A DNA stretch of 64,000 bases from an uncultured Candidatus Saccharibacteria bacterium (GCA_963747455.1 CAVVEW010000001.1:32005-96004); one strand, 5' to 3'. Positions 1 through 10,848 are shown, counted from the stretch's first letter. Notes: a model not told the origin generated them from the letters alone. Made by a program: numbers and translations.

Positions 1-359
1 AGAATCTGAATCGGAAAGTTGAGAGAGTTTAGGAAGTTCTGGTAACTGTACTCCACACCTTCTCGTTCACGATTGCTCATGAGGTCGAAGTTGATAGATT
101 GACACGCGATAACTGCACGGTAAGAGCCATCTGCCATGATAATCATGCCGTCGCGGAGCTCAGAAAATAGGAGGCTTTTTTGTGCTGTTGTGCCATTGGT
201 TTGAGCTTTTTTTGCCTGCTCTGCGGCAGTTTGGGAGGCCGCAACACCAGCCGAGCCGACACCAAGAGGAGCTCCTGCTTGAGGGGCTTGTGGTTGTCCT
301 TGTGGTTGTACCGGCGGTTGTGGTGGAGTTGTTGCCGGTGGTTGGTTACTTGGTGGCAC
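1..359 (-). CDS. VirB4/TraC-like type IV secretion ATPase, N-terminal part (gene continues past window start)
   Basis: GTG at 359 preceded by AAGGAG (364-369); frame open to position 1. P/Q-rich linker, then LLFSELRDGMIIMADGSYRAVIACQSINFDLMSNREREGVEYSYQNFLNSLNFPIQI, which resembles the N-terminal block of Gram-positive-type VirB4 ATPases. Absent from the ORF track because it is truncated. Confidence 0.5.
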   Translation of the reverse strand, partial: MPPSNQPPATTPPQPPVQPQGQPQAPQAGAPLGVGSAGVAASQTAAEQAKKAQTNGTTAQKSLLFSELRDGMIIMADGSYRAVIACQSINFDLMSNREREGVEYSYQNFLNSLNFPIQI

Positions 360-388
360 GCCCACTCCTTATGTTCGTCAAACGGCGG

Positions 389-499
389 TTAGCGAAGTGA
401 TATGACAACTTCGCCTTCATCCTCTTTCTCATGAATGCGCTTTGCCTCATGAGCTATTGTCTCCACCGAGAGATTTTTCGAATTGTTTGCAAGGTTCAT
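389..499 (-). CDS. hypothetical 36-aa ORF between PrgI-like and VirB4-like genes
   Basis: ATG 499 to TAA 389: MNLANNSKNLSVETIAHEAKRIHEKEDEGEVVISLR. Below the ORF-track cutoff. Its ATG overlaps (TAATG) the stop of an alternative frame of the upstream gene. No homology recognised. Confidence 0.25.
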   Translation of the reverse strand: MNLANNSKNLSVETIAHEAKRIHEKEDEGEVVISLR

Positions 500-524
500 T
501 ATATCAGGTGACACCACCTTATCG

Positions 525-1382
525 CTAGTGCTTTGTTGGTGGCTCTGGTGTAGGGCTTGGCGCTGGTTTCGTCGGCTGCGGCAGGCTGAGCGCCCATAGG
601 CTGTATGACAGACTGGTGAATCGATGGGTATGGATTGTAATGAACAGATGCTGGTGTAATTTGTGGTTCTGGTTCAGGCATAGGCCGTGGTTGGTGTAAA
701 TTGCTGTGGCTGGACGAGCACCGGTGCTGCAATTGGGGCTGGCTGAGCCTGCAGGACGGGTGCCGGTGCTTGGGGGGTAGACGCTTGTGGGTGGGTAATG
801 TGATTCGATAACGTTTTTGCGCCTGACGGCATCGGCCTTATCGATGAGACTATCGATCGTCTGGGCGAGATTTCCTCCATCGTCGAGCATATCTTCGGCC
901 GTCTGGGCTTCGCTATAGACTTCGTTAGTCAGTGAGGTGCTCGCTGTCGGTGCGGCTGCGTGACGAATAGCCCAGCCGCGTGAGTCGGCGATATCTGCCA
1001 GGTAGGATAAACGGCGATCTGCCTCGTTGCCACCAAAGCTCTTTGTTAGACTCTCTTCTTCGGTCTTGGGTGCGGTGATTTCAACGATCTGCTCCACCCC
1101 GTCAGGTTTCCACAGGCGTTTACGGGGCTTGAGATAGTAGGATACCATCGCTGCGAGATACGTCTCCATGGGCTGATCTTTGCGCAAGGGCAGCGCAAGT
1201 GCTCCAAACAGTACGATGATCGGTAGTGGTAATATCGCGAGCGGTGGTAGCAATTTCCAAAGGCCGTACCCTAAAATACCTGCCATCGCAACGATGATCA
1301 GGTAGATAAACTGCCGAAACCCAAACGGGCCAACGAGTTTGTCGTCTGCTTCGACGTCTTGTGCTACTTTATAACTTGCCAT
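525..1382 (-). CDS. PrgI/VirB3-like T4SS membrane protein
   Basis: 285-aa ORF. The N-terminus MASYKVAQDVEADDKLVGPFGFRQFIYLIIVAMAGILGYGLWKLLPPLAILPLPIIVLFGALALPL is a short lead-in plus two TM helices, as in PrgI-family proteins that precede VirB4. The P/Q-rich C-terminal third has equally plausible alternative frames (ORFs 674-880 and 499-732), so the 3' end may be frameshifted. Confidence 0.5.
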   Translation of the reverse strand: MASYKVAQDVEADDKLVGPFGFRQFIYLIIVAMAGILGYGLWKLLPPLAILPLPIIVLFGALALPLRKDQPMETYLAAMVSYYLKPRKRLWKPDGVEQIVEITAPKTEEESLTKSFGGNEADRRLSYLADIADSRGWAIRHAAAPTASTSLTNEVYSEAQTAEDMLDDGGNLAQTIDSLIDKADAVRRKNVIESHYPPTSVYPPSTGTRPAGSASPNCSTGARPATAIYTNHGLCLNQNHKLHQHLFITIHTHRFTSLSYSLWALSLPQPTKPAPSPTPEPPTKH

Positions 1383-1402
1383 AACCTACACTATAGCAAA
1401 TA

Positions 1403-4102
1403 TTATTTCCACTTATCCTTAAACGTCGGATTCGTAACACTAATACTTCCGCCGAGTATGGTAGCCAGCTTTTTCATCTGCTCAACTTGGCGTGACTCAA
1501 GTTTAGCTCCGACATCTTTATCGTTTGCCGCTTCACTCATGGCGTCAACGAATCGCTGCTTTGCTTGAGGTGAAAGCGCGGTAAGAGTGGCAATGGCACT
1601 TGGGTCTGTTGCCCATTCGTTCATTTCATCGACATCCATACCACCAAGGTATTGGCCGTTTACTTTCGACCCCTTGGCGTCACCCTCGAGATCGCGTCTA
1701 ATTCGTTGATCTCTTGTCATCGTGAGCTGGCCATTTTCTAGCATTCCTCGGTCCGTTCCACTTAATGATTTTGGCATAAGCGGACTGCCGGCGAACGTAC
1801 GGTTGAGGTCACGCTGCAGTCGGACTACTGTTGCTTTTTGTGTTTCTGTCGCCCCGGGCGCCTGGGCGTCTGCACCCATTTGAACAAGATCTTCAACTAG
1901 ATCCTGCGTCGATTTTGCATTAGCAACTTCTTTAAAGCGCCTAAGAGCGGCAACTCTCTCATGATCCTTTAGGTTTGAATCATTTATTCTGATCATAAGT
2001 TCGTCTTTTGTACGCCCAGCTTTTTGCTCAAAGACCTGAGCGGCCTTAACGTCTTTCTCGAACTCATCTTCCTTTGCTTGAAGGGCGTATGACTGCACGA
2101 GCCCGCCAAGCTCCTTGTCGCCAGCTGCAAGTTTATTCGCGTATGCTACATCCGAACTTGCTCGATCGGCAACATAGTTACGCTCCCCTGCTTCGGCTGC
2201 TAGCTTAGCGTATCTATCTTTTTGCTCGCCCGTAATTCTATTGGCAGAGCCAATGCCGGCGACCCATGCTCGAGCTTTGCGCCTGCGACTGTGTGCGTCG
2301 CCGTATCTACTTCCGCCGCGCTCTCCATTCAGGATTTCTTGAGCTTTTGTAGCTTGGTTTCCACTTCGGAGGTTTTGTCGACGTTCGCTGTACCGGGCGC
2401 TCGCTTTTTTGGCGCGATCGAGCGGTCCGCGGTTTGGATTGTTGGTAAAACCGGCAATCTTGCCCATAATATTACTACTGGCACGCATAACACTGATTAC
2501 CAAGAACGCAGGTATTGCAAGTATTACAAGTGAAGCAACATAGAGGATACCACTAGTTGTCGTACTACGAATAATCTCTGAGGCGAGTTGCCCGGCACCA
2601 AAGAGTAGCGAGATAGTCGGAAACAATAAAAGCATCGCAAAAAATAACTTACGCCACTTAGTGAACCAGCTCTCCGTATTTGGAAGCAGATACGCCACAA
2701 ACGCAATGGTGAAAGGATAACGAGCATAATAATGATCGCTTGACGAGCAATTAAGAGGAATATAACTGTTAAAAATGCCATCAGTGCTGCAATCGCCCCA
2801 GGTATAAGTAGTGCTAGTGCGCCAAAAAATCCATACGATCCAACGGTTACGGCTGCTGTTCCAACCGCGAAAGCACAACCCCCCCAGCCAACAGCCACCC
2901 TGTGACTTCCGACCATGCGTTCAGATTATTATCTGCGCCATCAGCTACGATATTACCAAGCTGTACATCAAGAATGTTGTATATCGAGGTGCCTATGAGA
3001 TTTGATACATCGATGGCTAGGGCTGCAATCCAAAAAGACGCATTAACTAGAATTGCCGCAAGAATGAGCCGGGGAACCATCCGTTTGATACCATAATTGC
3101 TGAGCATTACTTTTTCGCCCCTCCTACCATCTGCGAGTAGATGATTATGAGAAATGCGACGATAAATAATACGTTAGCAAGGTTGCGCACATCCTTCCAG
3201 ATGCGGTAGGCCTCTGCATTTTTCCCTCCGAAGGATTGGTCGAAAACATCGACGAGTCCACTACGAGAAATTCTTTGATGATACCATATAAACTATCGTT
3301 TAATTTCGACATAAACGGCCACGGCTGGACAGACGATCCACCCGACTCCATCAATCTTGCAATCCTGTCGCACCTCTTCGCTGCAGGTTCCATCGGCGTT
3401 GTACGTCCCGCCACCATCTTCGCAGTCTGTTTAAGTTTGGTTTGATAGCTGCATCAAGTGTGGTGCCCCTTGTTTTTTGGCTTCATCCTCGACATTTTGC
3501 ATGGTTTGAAGTATAGTCCGATACGACTCGGTTCGTTTATTCGCTATACATCTAGCGACTGACATCGATGTTAATATCAGGAAATGTAAAGGTCGAACTT
3601 CCTTCATAGCCATTTTCATAAAACGCATTCATACACGTCGTCACCTGACTCTTCAGGATAGATTTACACTCATTTGCAATCTTTACATCTGAAGCGGTAT
3701 TGCTCGCCGGTCGACAAAATTTGTCGGCGAGCGCGGTATAGTAGATGTTTGTCACAGTAGAGGCCGCGGCAGCCTGGAGGGTTCTGGTTGTTGGCGGATA
3801 CGTCGACACAAGTGACTTTATAGCTCGGAGTGTACCACCGGGATTAGTGAGGTCACCCGTCGGGCTCGTACTAAATTTCGGGGTACACACTTCGTTACAA
3901 CTCTTGTCGTAGTCATCAATCGCGACAATCTTACCATTATATTTGCTGTAACAGGCTTTTTTCTGATCGTATGTCAGTGCGCTTGCGGATGGGCTGAAGC
4001 CATATGCAGCAAGAGTGAGCTGCACATCAGTACCCCAGCCATCATTACAAGTAGAGAGCGTCGAATATTCGCTGTGCCCCCAGCAACACGCTTATGTATC
4101 AT
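1403..4102 (-). CDS. giant VirB6/TrbL-like polytopic T4SS protein, paralogue 1 (multiple frameshifts in this assembly)
   Basis: Pieces in three frames join into one protein. They are the signal peptide MIHKRVAGGTANIRRSLLVMMAGVLM (ATG 4102), ORF 3552-4025, the motif CKIDGVGWIVCP (about 3300-3345), and ORFs 3145-3417, 2847-3107, 2524-2916 and 1403-2878. TM block MVPRLILAAILVNASFWIAALAID and FTKWRKLFFAMLLLFP, then a long charged tail. Paralogue of 5229-8225. Frame breaks lie at T5 runs 3111-3115 and 3229-3233. Confidence 0.6.
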
Positions 4103-4201
4103 AGGTATATTTAACAGCATTTACGGAGAAAAAGCTAGGACAAAACAAAAACCCCCAGGTAATTAAATGGGGGTTATTGTGTTTCTCGCTACTGCGTAGT
4201 C

Positions 4202-5066
4202 TTATGGTCGCTTAAAAAGCGATCCCTGACTGTGGTACATGAGTGTACCGTTCTCGTTTACGACGTACGTCACCACGAGTGGGCCAGCTGGCGACTTGGA
4301 GCCGATAACGAGACTCGGCATTTCTTTGCCGTCGACTGTCACGGTGTCTTCGTATGTTGCTTCCCTGCCGTCGGCCATGACCATCACCTTTATGTCAGTA
4401 GAAGTATTGTACTGACCTGTCGAAGACGCACCTTTCTCATTGAACATCTTGATATTTTCGAGCCAGCGCGCGAGCAGATCGTTGCTCTGGGGGTCGGTGT
4501 CTTCAAAGAACCCGTAAGCTATCTTCGTCGCATCGCTTACACTCTATTCTGCCGTTTTTAGGCGACGGCTTCGGACCGCCATAACGTGATTAAGTATCCA
4601 TTGTGTATCCTGTTCAGCAACGGGCTTATCGTCGCTCGGGACGAGATAATCTATAAGGGCTGTTCTGGGTACATCTACAGGATTTTTGGCCGGAGCCATG
4701 ACGATCCCTGGTGCATAATTTTCATCGTCATAGAGAGCCTGAAGCTTATCGTTTAGCCAGGCCGCACGCTCAGGGGCGGGAAGTTTTTCAAAGTCGATAG
4801 ACCAATCTCTTTTTCGGTGTCTGCCGTTACTGCAACTTCTGACGGACTAGGAGGGTGTCGGCTCTGCGGATGGCGAGGCGGTACTAGGAGGGGTCTCTTG
4901 TGAAGTACTGTGGGAGATTTGGTAGGAGTGCCCTCACCTATAGCAGATGCAGGACCACCAAAGCAACCGCTTAAGTTGGCGGCAAGTGTACCCATGCCAA
5001 GAAAGATCGACGAGGTCTCCTTACTCTGTTCCAGAGTTCGTGTCGGTTAGCCATAATGATTTTCAT
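4202..5066 (-). CDS. lipoprotein of the T4SS-like operon (frameshifted)
   Basis: ATG 5066 (or 5054). MKIIMANRHELWNRVRRPRRS, then in a shifted frame FLGMGTLAANLSGC (lipobox LSGC), an S/T/P-rich linker, DWSIDFEKLPAPERAAWLNDKLQALYDDENYAPG.., and ORF 4202-4447 as the C-terminus. At least 3 frame changes. Confidence 0.4.
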
Positions 5067-5128
5067 TTCCTTTCCGCTACTATAGCGGGTTACATCATAT
5101 TGTCGTGAAACAATGTATGTTTGTGTAC

Positions 5129-5159
5129 ACTATACCGCAAATGGTTAAAAAAGTCAATA
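5129..5159 (-). promoter_or_regulatory. sigma70-type promoter, conserved cassette copy a
   Basis: Minus strand reads TATTGACTTTTTTAACCATTTGCGGTATAGT. -35 TTGACT (5152-5157), 17-nt spacer, -10 TATAGT (5129-5134). Lies upstream of the lipoprotein gene. Confidence 0.45.
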
Positions 5160-5228
5160 CCTATGTGATTTTACAAATGTATTGCTAGGGGGCGCGAGGG
5201 GGTTTAAGGCCGGTTCCGGCTACATGGT

Positions 5229-8225
5229 CTATCTGGCGGTCGATAAGGTATTCATTTGGTGTTTCGACAGCACCTTAACTCGCGAGTGCCTGGGGGTCCC
5301 CGCCGGTACGCGCACACCGAATCTCGGGTCTTCGCTATCGTCGATATGGGTATTCATGTAGTAAATTTCTTTATGGATAGGAGGACGTGGGTCGGTAGGA
5401 TCGAGGTACGATGCAAGGACATTCATGATACCGCGCTCACGATCTTTGATGCGACCCTTGAGCATTGGGTTTGATTGAGCATCTTCGATGGCACGGAGGA
5501 TGGCCTAGTCGCCTCTTTTCAGGAATACTTTCACGGAAGTCTTCATTACGGTAGAGCTGCACCATACGTCCGAGCTCGTCTGGATCCATTGTTGACATGC
5601 GTTCTGGATCGTATTTACCACTGTTTGATTCGTATGCAATTAACTGTTCACTCATCGTGCTGAAGCCCTGCTCAGCCTTTACGCGGTATTGACCAGATTC
5701 CATGAGTGATCGCTGGGTTGAGGAGACGTAGCCAACCTTGAGTGGTGAGTTTGCGATTGCATCATTCATAATCTGCTGCATGTCACGGACATAGGTAACT
5801 TCTTCGCTATTTGCATCACCAACCAACGTTTTCGATCCATCCGTATTTACCTTGAAGTACGTATCGGTCGAGTCATCTCGCTCCAGTCCAAGTGTTGCAG
5901 ACCAGTCAATAATCTTCTGCGCCGCCCAGTTATTCCCAACGCCATTCATGACGCGTTGAATAGCAGCATGAATCTGGATCTCGTTTGCCTCAGATCCGTC
6001 TCGCATTTTCTTGTTCTCAATCACATTCATGAGCTCTTGTGCTTCATACCCTTCGTTCGTGTAGACGGAGTTGTAAGCTTTGACGTTCTCCATATGGAGG
6101 GCAGAGTGCTCGGAGCGTGCTTTCGCAAGCACCTTATCGGCACCAAGCTGATCGATACCACCGGCATATTCACGCGCGGACTGATCTGTGCGGAGGCGCT
6201 TCACTTCATTTGACTTGATCATGGTATCTGCGCTTGATTTACGCTTCTCTTGCTGGGCAATATCAAAGGTCAATTGGCCGAGGCGTTGCGTACGATCATC
6301 CATGGTTTGGCTACGAAGGTATTCGTCGACACCTTTTTGGAGACCGTCAAACTCGCTACCCTGGTAGCTGTTGACGCCGGCTTCCATCTCTCGGATGATT
6401 GCTTCGAACTTGTCTTCATCACGTTTCGCCTGGCTCTTGAGTTCGCGGGTGTTAAGTGTTGCGCGGTGAACACCCTGGTCAAAGTGGTGGCTGGTTGGGT
6501 CGAGCCGATTTTGCCAGTGTGCATCACCTGCAGCCTCAACTTGACCTTGGAACGTCTCAGCCTGCTTATGGAAGTCATGCGAATCGATAGCTCGTGTCTG
6601 CATGCGACGTCCGTAGCGACTCGATTCTTCGGCGATTTCGCGCTGACGAGAGGCATCTTGCCTGTTGTCGAGATACGACTCGTTGTCTTTTTTGGTCGCA
6701 TCGCGGCGGCGCTTTTGCTGGTCAAAGCGAAGGCCGAGTCGGGCTGCACCGCGGCCACGTGGGCTGAAGCGGCTGAGTTCGCCGTTTCGTCGGCGCTCGA
6801 CATCTTGCGCGGCATTGGCGAGCTTGTTGCTCTTGTGCATATCGGCATTGTCTTGTGCCCAGTTTCTCGCTCGGTCGGTTAGCCCCTTTTGCTTGTTGTT
6901 CGCCATATTGGCGATCTGACCGAGTACACCTGTGCTGAGGCGAGTAAGGAATGGCGTCAGAGCGAGCGGGATGACCTGGACGGTGAGACCGATGAGGAGC
7001 AGTGGAATCTGCATGGCTTCCGTGGCGTCTTTTGCTGTGCCGATAATTGCCGCCCCTGCGAGTTGCGACGCACCAAAGAGGAGGGCAAATGCTGGAAATA
7101 TGATGAGAAGGTTGGTAAATAGCTTGCGCCATTTGTCAAAAATCCCACGCGTGCTCGGTAGGATAAATGCGATAAATGCCAGTGGTGCGACGGCGGTCAA
7201 GACAACAATGAGCGCCTGGCGTGCTGCTAGGACGACAAAGGCTGCGAGTACGGAAAGCGCTGCGGATATCAGGGCCGCAAATATGATGAATCCCATCGAG
7301 GCCGCACTACCACCTGCTGCTGCAGCAAAACCGGCGATACCAATCGTGCCACCACCGAGTATTACGGCAGTCATGCTCGCCCAGTCAATATCTGTTGCTA
7401 CGGTATAGTTTTCTCTAATATTTACGAGGATTGCCTGAATTGAATATCCGAGAAGGTTTGAGGCATCGACTGCAAGGGCGCAGATCCAGAATGAGACATT
7501 GACGAGGATTGCGCCGATGATGAGCCGCGGTACCATGTCCTTGATGTTGTAGTTTGAGTATCCGGCGCCGGTAATCTGAGAGTAGATAATCACCATGAAA
7601 ACGATAAGGAAGGCGACGTTTGCGATATTACGCATAAGCTCCCAGAGCTGGTAGATTGCACTGTCGGTGGTGCTGATGGTTTGTACTTCGAGGAAGTTCG
7701 AGACGATGCTATATACCCAGTCGATACCGTCTGCGAGGTAGTTTGACAAGCGGACAGACCATCCAGCCTACGCCATCGATATTACAGTTGTTGTTGCCGG
7801 TTTGATTGGTGTCTTGCGCGTCGATAGTAAGGTCACGCGTGACGGTGACGGTTTGAGGGTTTGATGCTGCTGCAGTGAGGTAGTTGCCGCTGACGATTGG
7901 ATAGGAGATGAGGATGGCGCTATCTAGCCTGAGCGGGGTTGTCGGGGCCAAAGTACAGGACATTTGCCATCAGCGAATTGCCCGATCCTGAGCGCCACTC
8001 GTATTCATTTGGGGTGTCTGTTCGATCGGGGGGTGCGGTTACTTTGGTGTAGACACTGCCGTTGTAGGTTAGCTCGGTGCCCTTCCAGATAGCATCAGCA
8101 GCAAAGGCCTCCCGCGCGAGCGGTCCGACCGTGGTGAATGCCGGCATGAGAAAACTCAGTGCCAGTAGAATAATAAAGCGCCGAAAGTGTACCCTCGGCG
8201 CGCGTTGTTTACGCGTAACCCACAT
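5229..8225 (-). CDS. giant VirB6/TrbL-like polytopic T4SS protein, paralogue 2 (frameshifted)
   Basis: Main ORF 5437-7749 (770 aa) with MVPRLIIGAILVNVSFWICALAVD and FDKWRKLFTNLLIIFP. The N-terminal ectodomain is in ORFs 7920-8225 (signal peptide MWVTRKQRAPRVHFRRFIILLALSFLMPAF) and 7709-7963 (CNIDGVGWMVCP). The C-terminus continues in ORF 5229-5465 (AILRAIEDAQSNPMLKGRIKD..) after an extra G near 5500. Confidence 0.65.
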
Positions 8226-8234
8226 TACCTACCG

Positions 8235-8265
8235 ACTGTACCATTTTACAGATGAAAAGTCAATA
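8235..8265 (-). promoter_or_regulatory. sigma70-type promoter, conserved cassette copy b
   Basis: Minus strand reads TATTGACTTTTCATCTGTAAAATGGTACAGT. -35 at 8258-8263, 17-nt spacer, -10 TACAGT at 8235-8240. Only 9 nt separate the -10 from ATG 8225, so the leader is very short or absent. Confidence 0.45.
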
Positions 8266-8350
8266 CTTTAAGGTGTATTTCACTACGTACTTTGACGGCT
8301 GCGACCAGGTATTGCATAAATCGCTTATCTCACCTATTCTAGGAGGTAGG

Positions 8351-8735
8351 ATGAAACTCAAACAAACATTCCTCGGTTTTGCAACATTTGCTGCTCTCGT
8401 AAGCAGCTCGCTTGCTGTAGCGCCTAGTGCTCACGCCCTCGAATGTACCGTCCTTCCAGATAGTATCTGTGGCAAAGCAGATAACGGTACACTCGAAAGT
8501 AGCGGTACATGGGCGTTGTTGATCTTTATAATCCAGCTGCTGACAGCGGGTGTTGGACTGGTCGCTGTGGGTATGATTGCCTATGCGAGCTTTTTGTATA
8601 CCACCGCGCAAAGTGATGAATCGCAGACCAAACAAGCTAAAGAAATGATACGAAATGTTGTTGTCGGACTACTGGTATATGCCTTTATGTGGGCAGCTGG
8701 CACAGTGGCTCATACCGGGAGGAGTATTCGCATGA
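8351..8735 (+). CDS. VirB2/TrbC-like T4SS pilin paralogue P1 (frameshifted, fused to next ORF in this assembly)
   Basis: AGGAGG then ATG 8351. Signal peptide MKLKQTFLGFATFAALVSSSLAVAPSAHA, then a two-helix hairpin. A 1-nt shift near 8695 restores ..LAQWLIPGGVFA with TGA 8733-8735 overlapping the next ATG. As given it reads through (ORF 8252-9154). Confidence 0.5.
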
Positions 8736-9154
8736 TTCGGCAAATGATGAGCGCATTTTTGATAACGGCATCGCTCGCGGGAGTGGTTGCGGTCGCGAGT
8801 CCAGCGCAAGCCTCCGCGGCCTGTGGCCGTCTCGTCACCTTCCCTGCTTGGTATAACGGCTTAACAGATAAAAATTGTGAGCTTAAGCCAGTTGGACAAG
8901 CTGACACAAGCACCGAGGTAACACTGAAAACTTTTATCGTACGCATCCTCATGAATATTATCGAGATGATTTTACAGCTCGTTGCCTATGCGGCGGTCGT
9001 CATGCTGATCATCGGTGGCTTCCAATACATCACGAGTACTGGTGACTCTGGTAATATGTCCAATGCCAAAAAGACGATTCTCAACTCTATCATCGGTTTG
9101 ATTATCTCGCTATTTTCGGTGGCGATTGTAAATATAATTGCGAATGCGTTTTAG
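8732..9154 (+). CDS. VirB2/TrbC-like T4SS pilin paralogue P2
   Basis: GGGAGGAG RBS then ATG 8732. Signal peptide MIRQMMSAFLITASLAGVVAVASPAQASA. C-terminal hairpin LVAYAAVVMLIIGGFQYITSTGDSGNMSNAKKTILNSIIGLIISLFSVAIVNII. Confidence 0.6.
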   Translation: MIRQMMSAFLITASLAGVVAVASPAQASAACGRLVTFPAWYNGLTDKNCELKPVGQADTSTEVTLKTFIVRILMNIIEMILQLVAYAAVVMLIIGGFQYITSTGDSGNMSNAKKTILNSIIGLIISLFSVAIVNIIANAF

Positions 9155-9157
9155 GCT

Positions 9158-9451
9158 ATGAAAGAACTTCTCTATTTAGCAGCAACAAAGTTAGACGCAG
9201 GATCTGTGGGCATACCGAAGGTTGATGCCGATGGAGCTTCGGTTGCTAAGTTGCTCAACGTCGTCTATTTTTGGGCGGGCATGATTGCAGTTCTTGTGAT
9301 TGTTATCGCAGGATATTACTTCGTGCTTTCAAGGGGTGATGCAAACCAAGTCACCCGTGCACGAAATGCCATCATCGCGGCCGTGGTCGGGTTGATAGTC
9401 ATACTCATGGCATTTACCATAACGCAATTTATTTTAGGAAATGTTGGATAA
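9158..9451 (+). CDS. VirB2-like pilin paralogue P3 (no obvious signal peptide)
   Basis: 97-aa ORF. Hairpin VYFWAGMIAVLVIVIAGYYFVLSRGDANQVTRARNAIIAAVVGLIVILMAF matches the shared core of its neighbours. Confidence 0.55.
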   Translation: MKELLYLAATKLDAGSVGIPKVDADGASVAKLLNVVYFWAGMIAVLVIVIAGYYFVLSRGDANQVTRARNAIIAAVVGLIVILMAFTITQFILGNVG

Positions 9452-9460
9452 GGAGACTCT

Positions 9461-9829
9461 ATGTTAAAAAAATTACGCTACACACTCGCCCTCGTTGGCC
9501 TCGGCACGACAGTATTGTTGGCACCAGCAGCACCAGCACACGCCATAAATCTATTTCCCGACTGTAAAGGATCGAGCACGGCAGTGTGCAAAGCGACAAA
9601 TAATGATAACGCTTCGTCGCTGATACAAGATATTATCAACGTGTTGCTCTTTGTTATCGGCGCGGTGGCCGTAGTGATGATAATCATCGGTGGTATCAGG
9701 TACACTACCTCAAACGGCGATTCAAATAGAACAACCGCTGCAAAAAACACGATACTGTACTCTGTAGTTGGTCTGGTGGTAGCAATTATGGCCTCGGCTA
9801 TAGTAAACTTTGTACTATCGTATTTATAA
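9461..9829 (+). CDS. VirB2/TrbC-like T4SS pilin paralogue P4
   Basis: AAGGAG RBS. Signal peptide ending APAHA. Core VLLFVIGAVAVVMIIIGGIRYTTSNGDSNRTTAAKNTILYSVVGLVVAIMASAIVNFV. Confidence 0.7.
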   Translation: MLKKLRYTLALVGLGTTVLLAPAAPAHAINLFPDCKGSSTAVCKATNNDNASSLIQDIINVLLFVIGAVAVVMIIIGGIRYTTSNGDSNRTTAAKNTILYSVVGLVVAIMASAIVNFVLSYL

Positions 9830-9853
9830 AGTTAATAAGAAACGGATTTACTC

Positions 9854-10233
9854 ATGCGAAATATAACCTCACTCCTCGCCTCACTCACACTTATCGTCGG
9901 TAGTATCGTGGCATGTCACTTGCTCCGACACCTGCACTCGCTGCGTGTAGTGGAGTCAACTGTGCGAAAGCAGGTGCAAAGGCAGCTGACACTGGCAGTA
10001 CGAAGAAAACACCAAACGATCTGATAAAATCCGTCGTCAACGTCTTGCTATTTATTACGGGCGCAATTGCCGTGGTTATGATCGTTTTGGGTGGGTTGAA
10101 ATACACTACATCTAACGGCGATTCAAACCAAGTTACCTCTGCAAAAAACACTATCTTGTATGCTGTCATCGGACTCATCGTCGCGATCATGGCATATGCC
10201 ATCGTAAACTTTGTTATCACCTCATTTGTATAA
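9854..10233 (+). CDS. VirB2/TrbC-like T4SS pilin paralogue P5 (frameshift in signal peptide)
   Basis: ATG 9854 encodes MRNITSLLASLTLIVGSIV, then a frame shift near 9908 into ORF 9913-10233. Core LLFITGAIAVVMIVLGGLKYTTSNGDSNQVTSAKNTILYAVIGLIVAIMAYAIVNFV. Confidence 0.6.
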
Positions 10234-10312
10234 ACAGAGCTTTACTCCTAAAGGGTTTTTTGGTATAAACATATAAGAACGACGCTAGTAAAAAACAAGA
10301 AGGGATAACCTT

Positions 10313-10717
10313 ATGAAGCAACGTATCACAAAAATTTTAAATATCGCAATGGCATTGCCTGTCGCCGCACTTATCGCGAGCGCAGTCCTGCCTATGTCAC
10401 CAGCATTCGCTGTCACCTGTGACCCCGCAAATGGTCTCGATGGCTCAGCGGAGTGTGCGCAAGGTAACGGACAGCCTGATAATCTCGTCGGTAACGGTGG
10501 TATTTTCCAGACTGTAACAAACATTCTGCTCTTTATCATTGGTGCAGTAGCAGTCATCATGCTCGTCATCGGTGGTATTCGCTACACTATCAGCAATGGT
10601 GATAGCAACCAAGTTACGGCCGCAAAAAACACAATCCTGTACGCGATTATCGGTATCGTCGTAGCCATCCTGGCATACGCAGCGGTCAACTTCGTGATTA
10701 CAAGCTTCGCGGTCTAA
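10313..10717 (+). CDS. VirB2/TrbC-like T4SS pilin paralogue P6
   Basis: 134-aa ORF with a signal peptide ending PAFA. Core LLFIIGAVAVIMLVIGGIRYTISNGDSNQVTAAKNTILYAIIGIVVAILAYAAVNFV. Confidence 0.7.
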   Translation: MKQRITKILNIAMALPVAALIASAVLPMSPAFAVTCDPANGLDGSAECAQGNGQPDNLVGNGGIFQTVTNILLFIIGAVAVIMLVIGGIRYTISNGDSNQVTAAKNTILYAIIGIVVAILAYAAVNFVITSFAV

Positions 10718-10740
10718 GAAACCTACTAGCGCATCTTAAT

Positions 10741-10767
10741 CCCTCGCACGCGTGCGAGGGATTTTTG
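10741..10767 (+). terminator. rho-independent terminator of the pilin array
   Basis: CCCTCGCACG/CGTGCGAGGG perfect 10-bp stem (10741-10760) followed by ATTTTTG. Confidence 0.7.
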
Positions 10768-10800
10768 TTGAAAGTAGACAGGACTTTTCATCGTATACTA

Positions 10801-10830
10801 AAAACGTCCGGAGTGTATCCGGACGTTTTT
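10801..10830. terminator. bidirectional terminator (hsp20 side)
   Basis: AAAACGTCCGGA gtgta TCCGGACGTTTTT, with A/T runs on both sides. Confidence 0.65.
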
Positions 10831-10848
10831 AGTCGCATTGCTGTTGGA

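Noticed and set aside
180-400. Plus-strand ORFs 180-392 and 182-400
   Set aside because: They are antisense shadows of the P/Q-rich linker of the VirB4-like gene. Their composition is Cys/Trp/Leu-rich nonsense and they have no RBS.
5956-7408. Cluster of alternative-frame and antisense ORFs inside 5437-7749 (for example 6250-6882, 6270-6848, 6722-7132 and 6932-7408)
   Set aside because: All overlap the long, clearly coding VirB6-like frame, which has a paralogue at 1403-4102. Their translations are low-complexity R/S/A strings typical of shadow frames.
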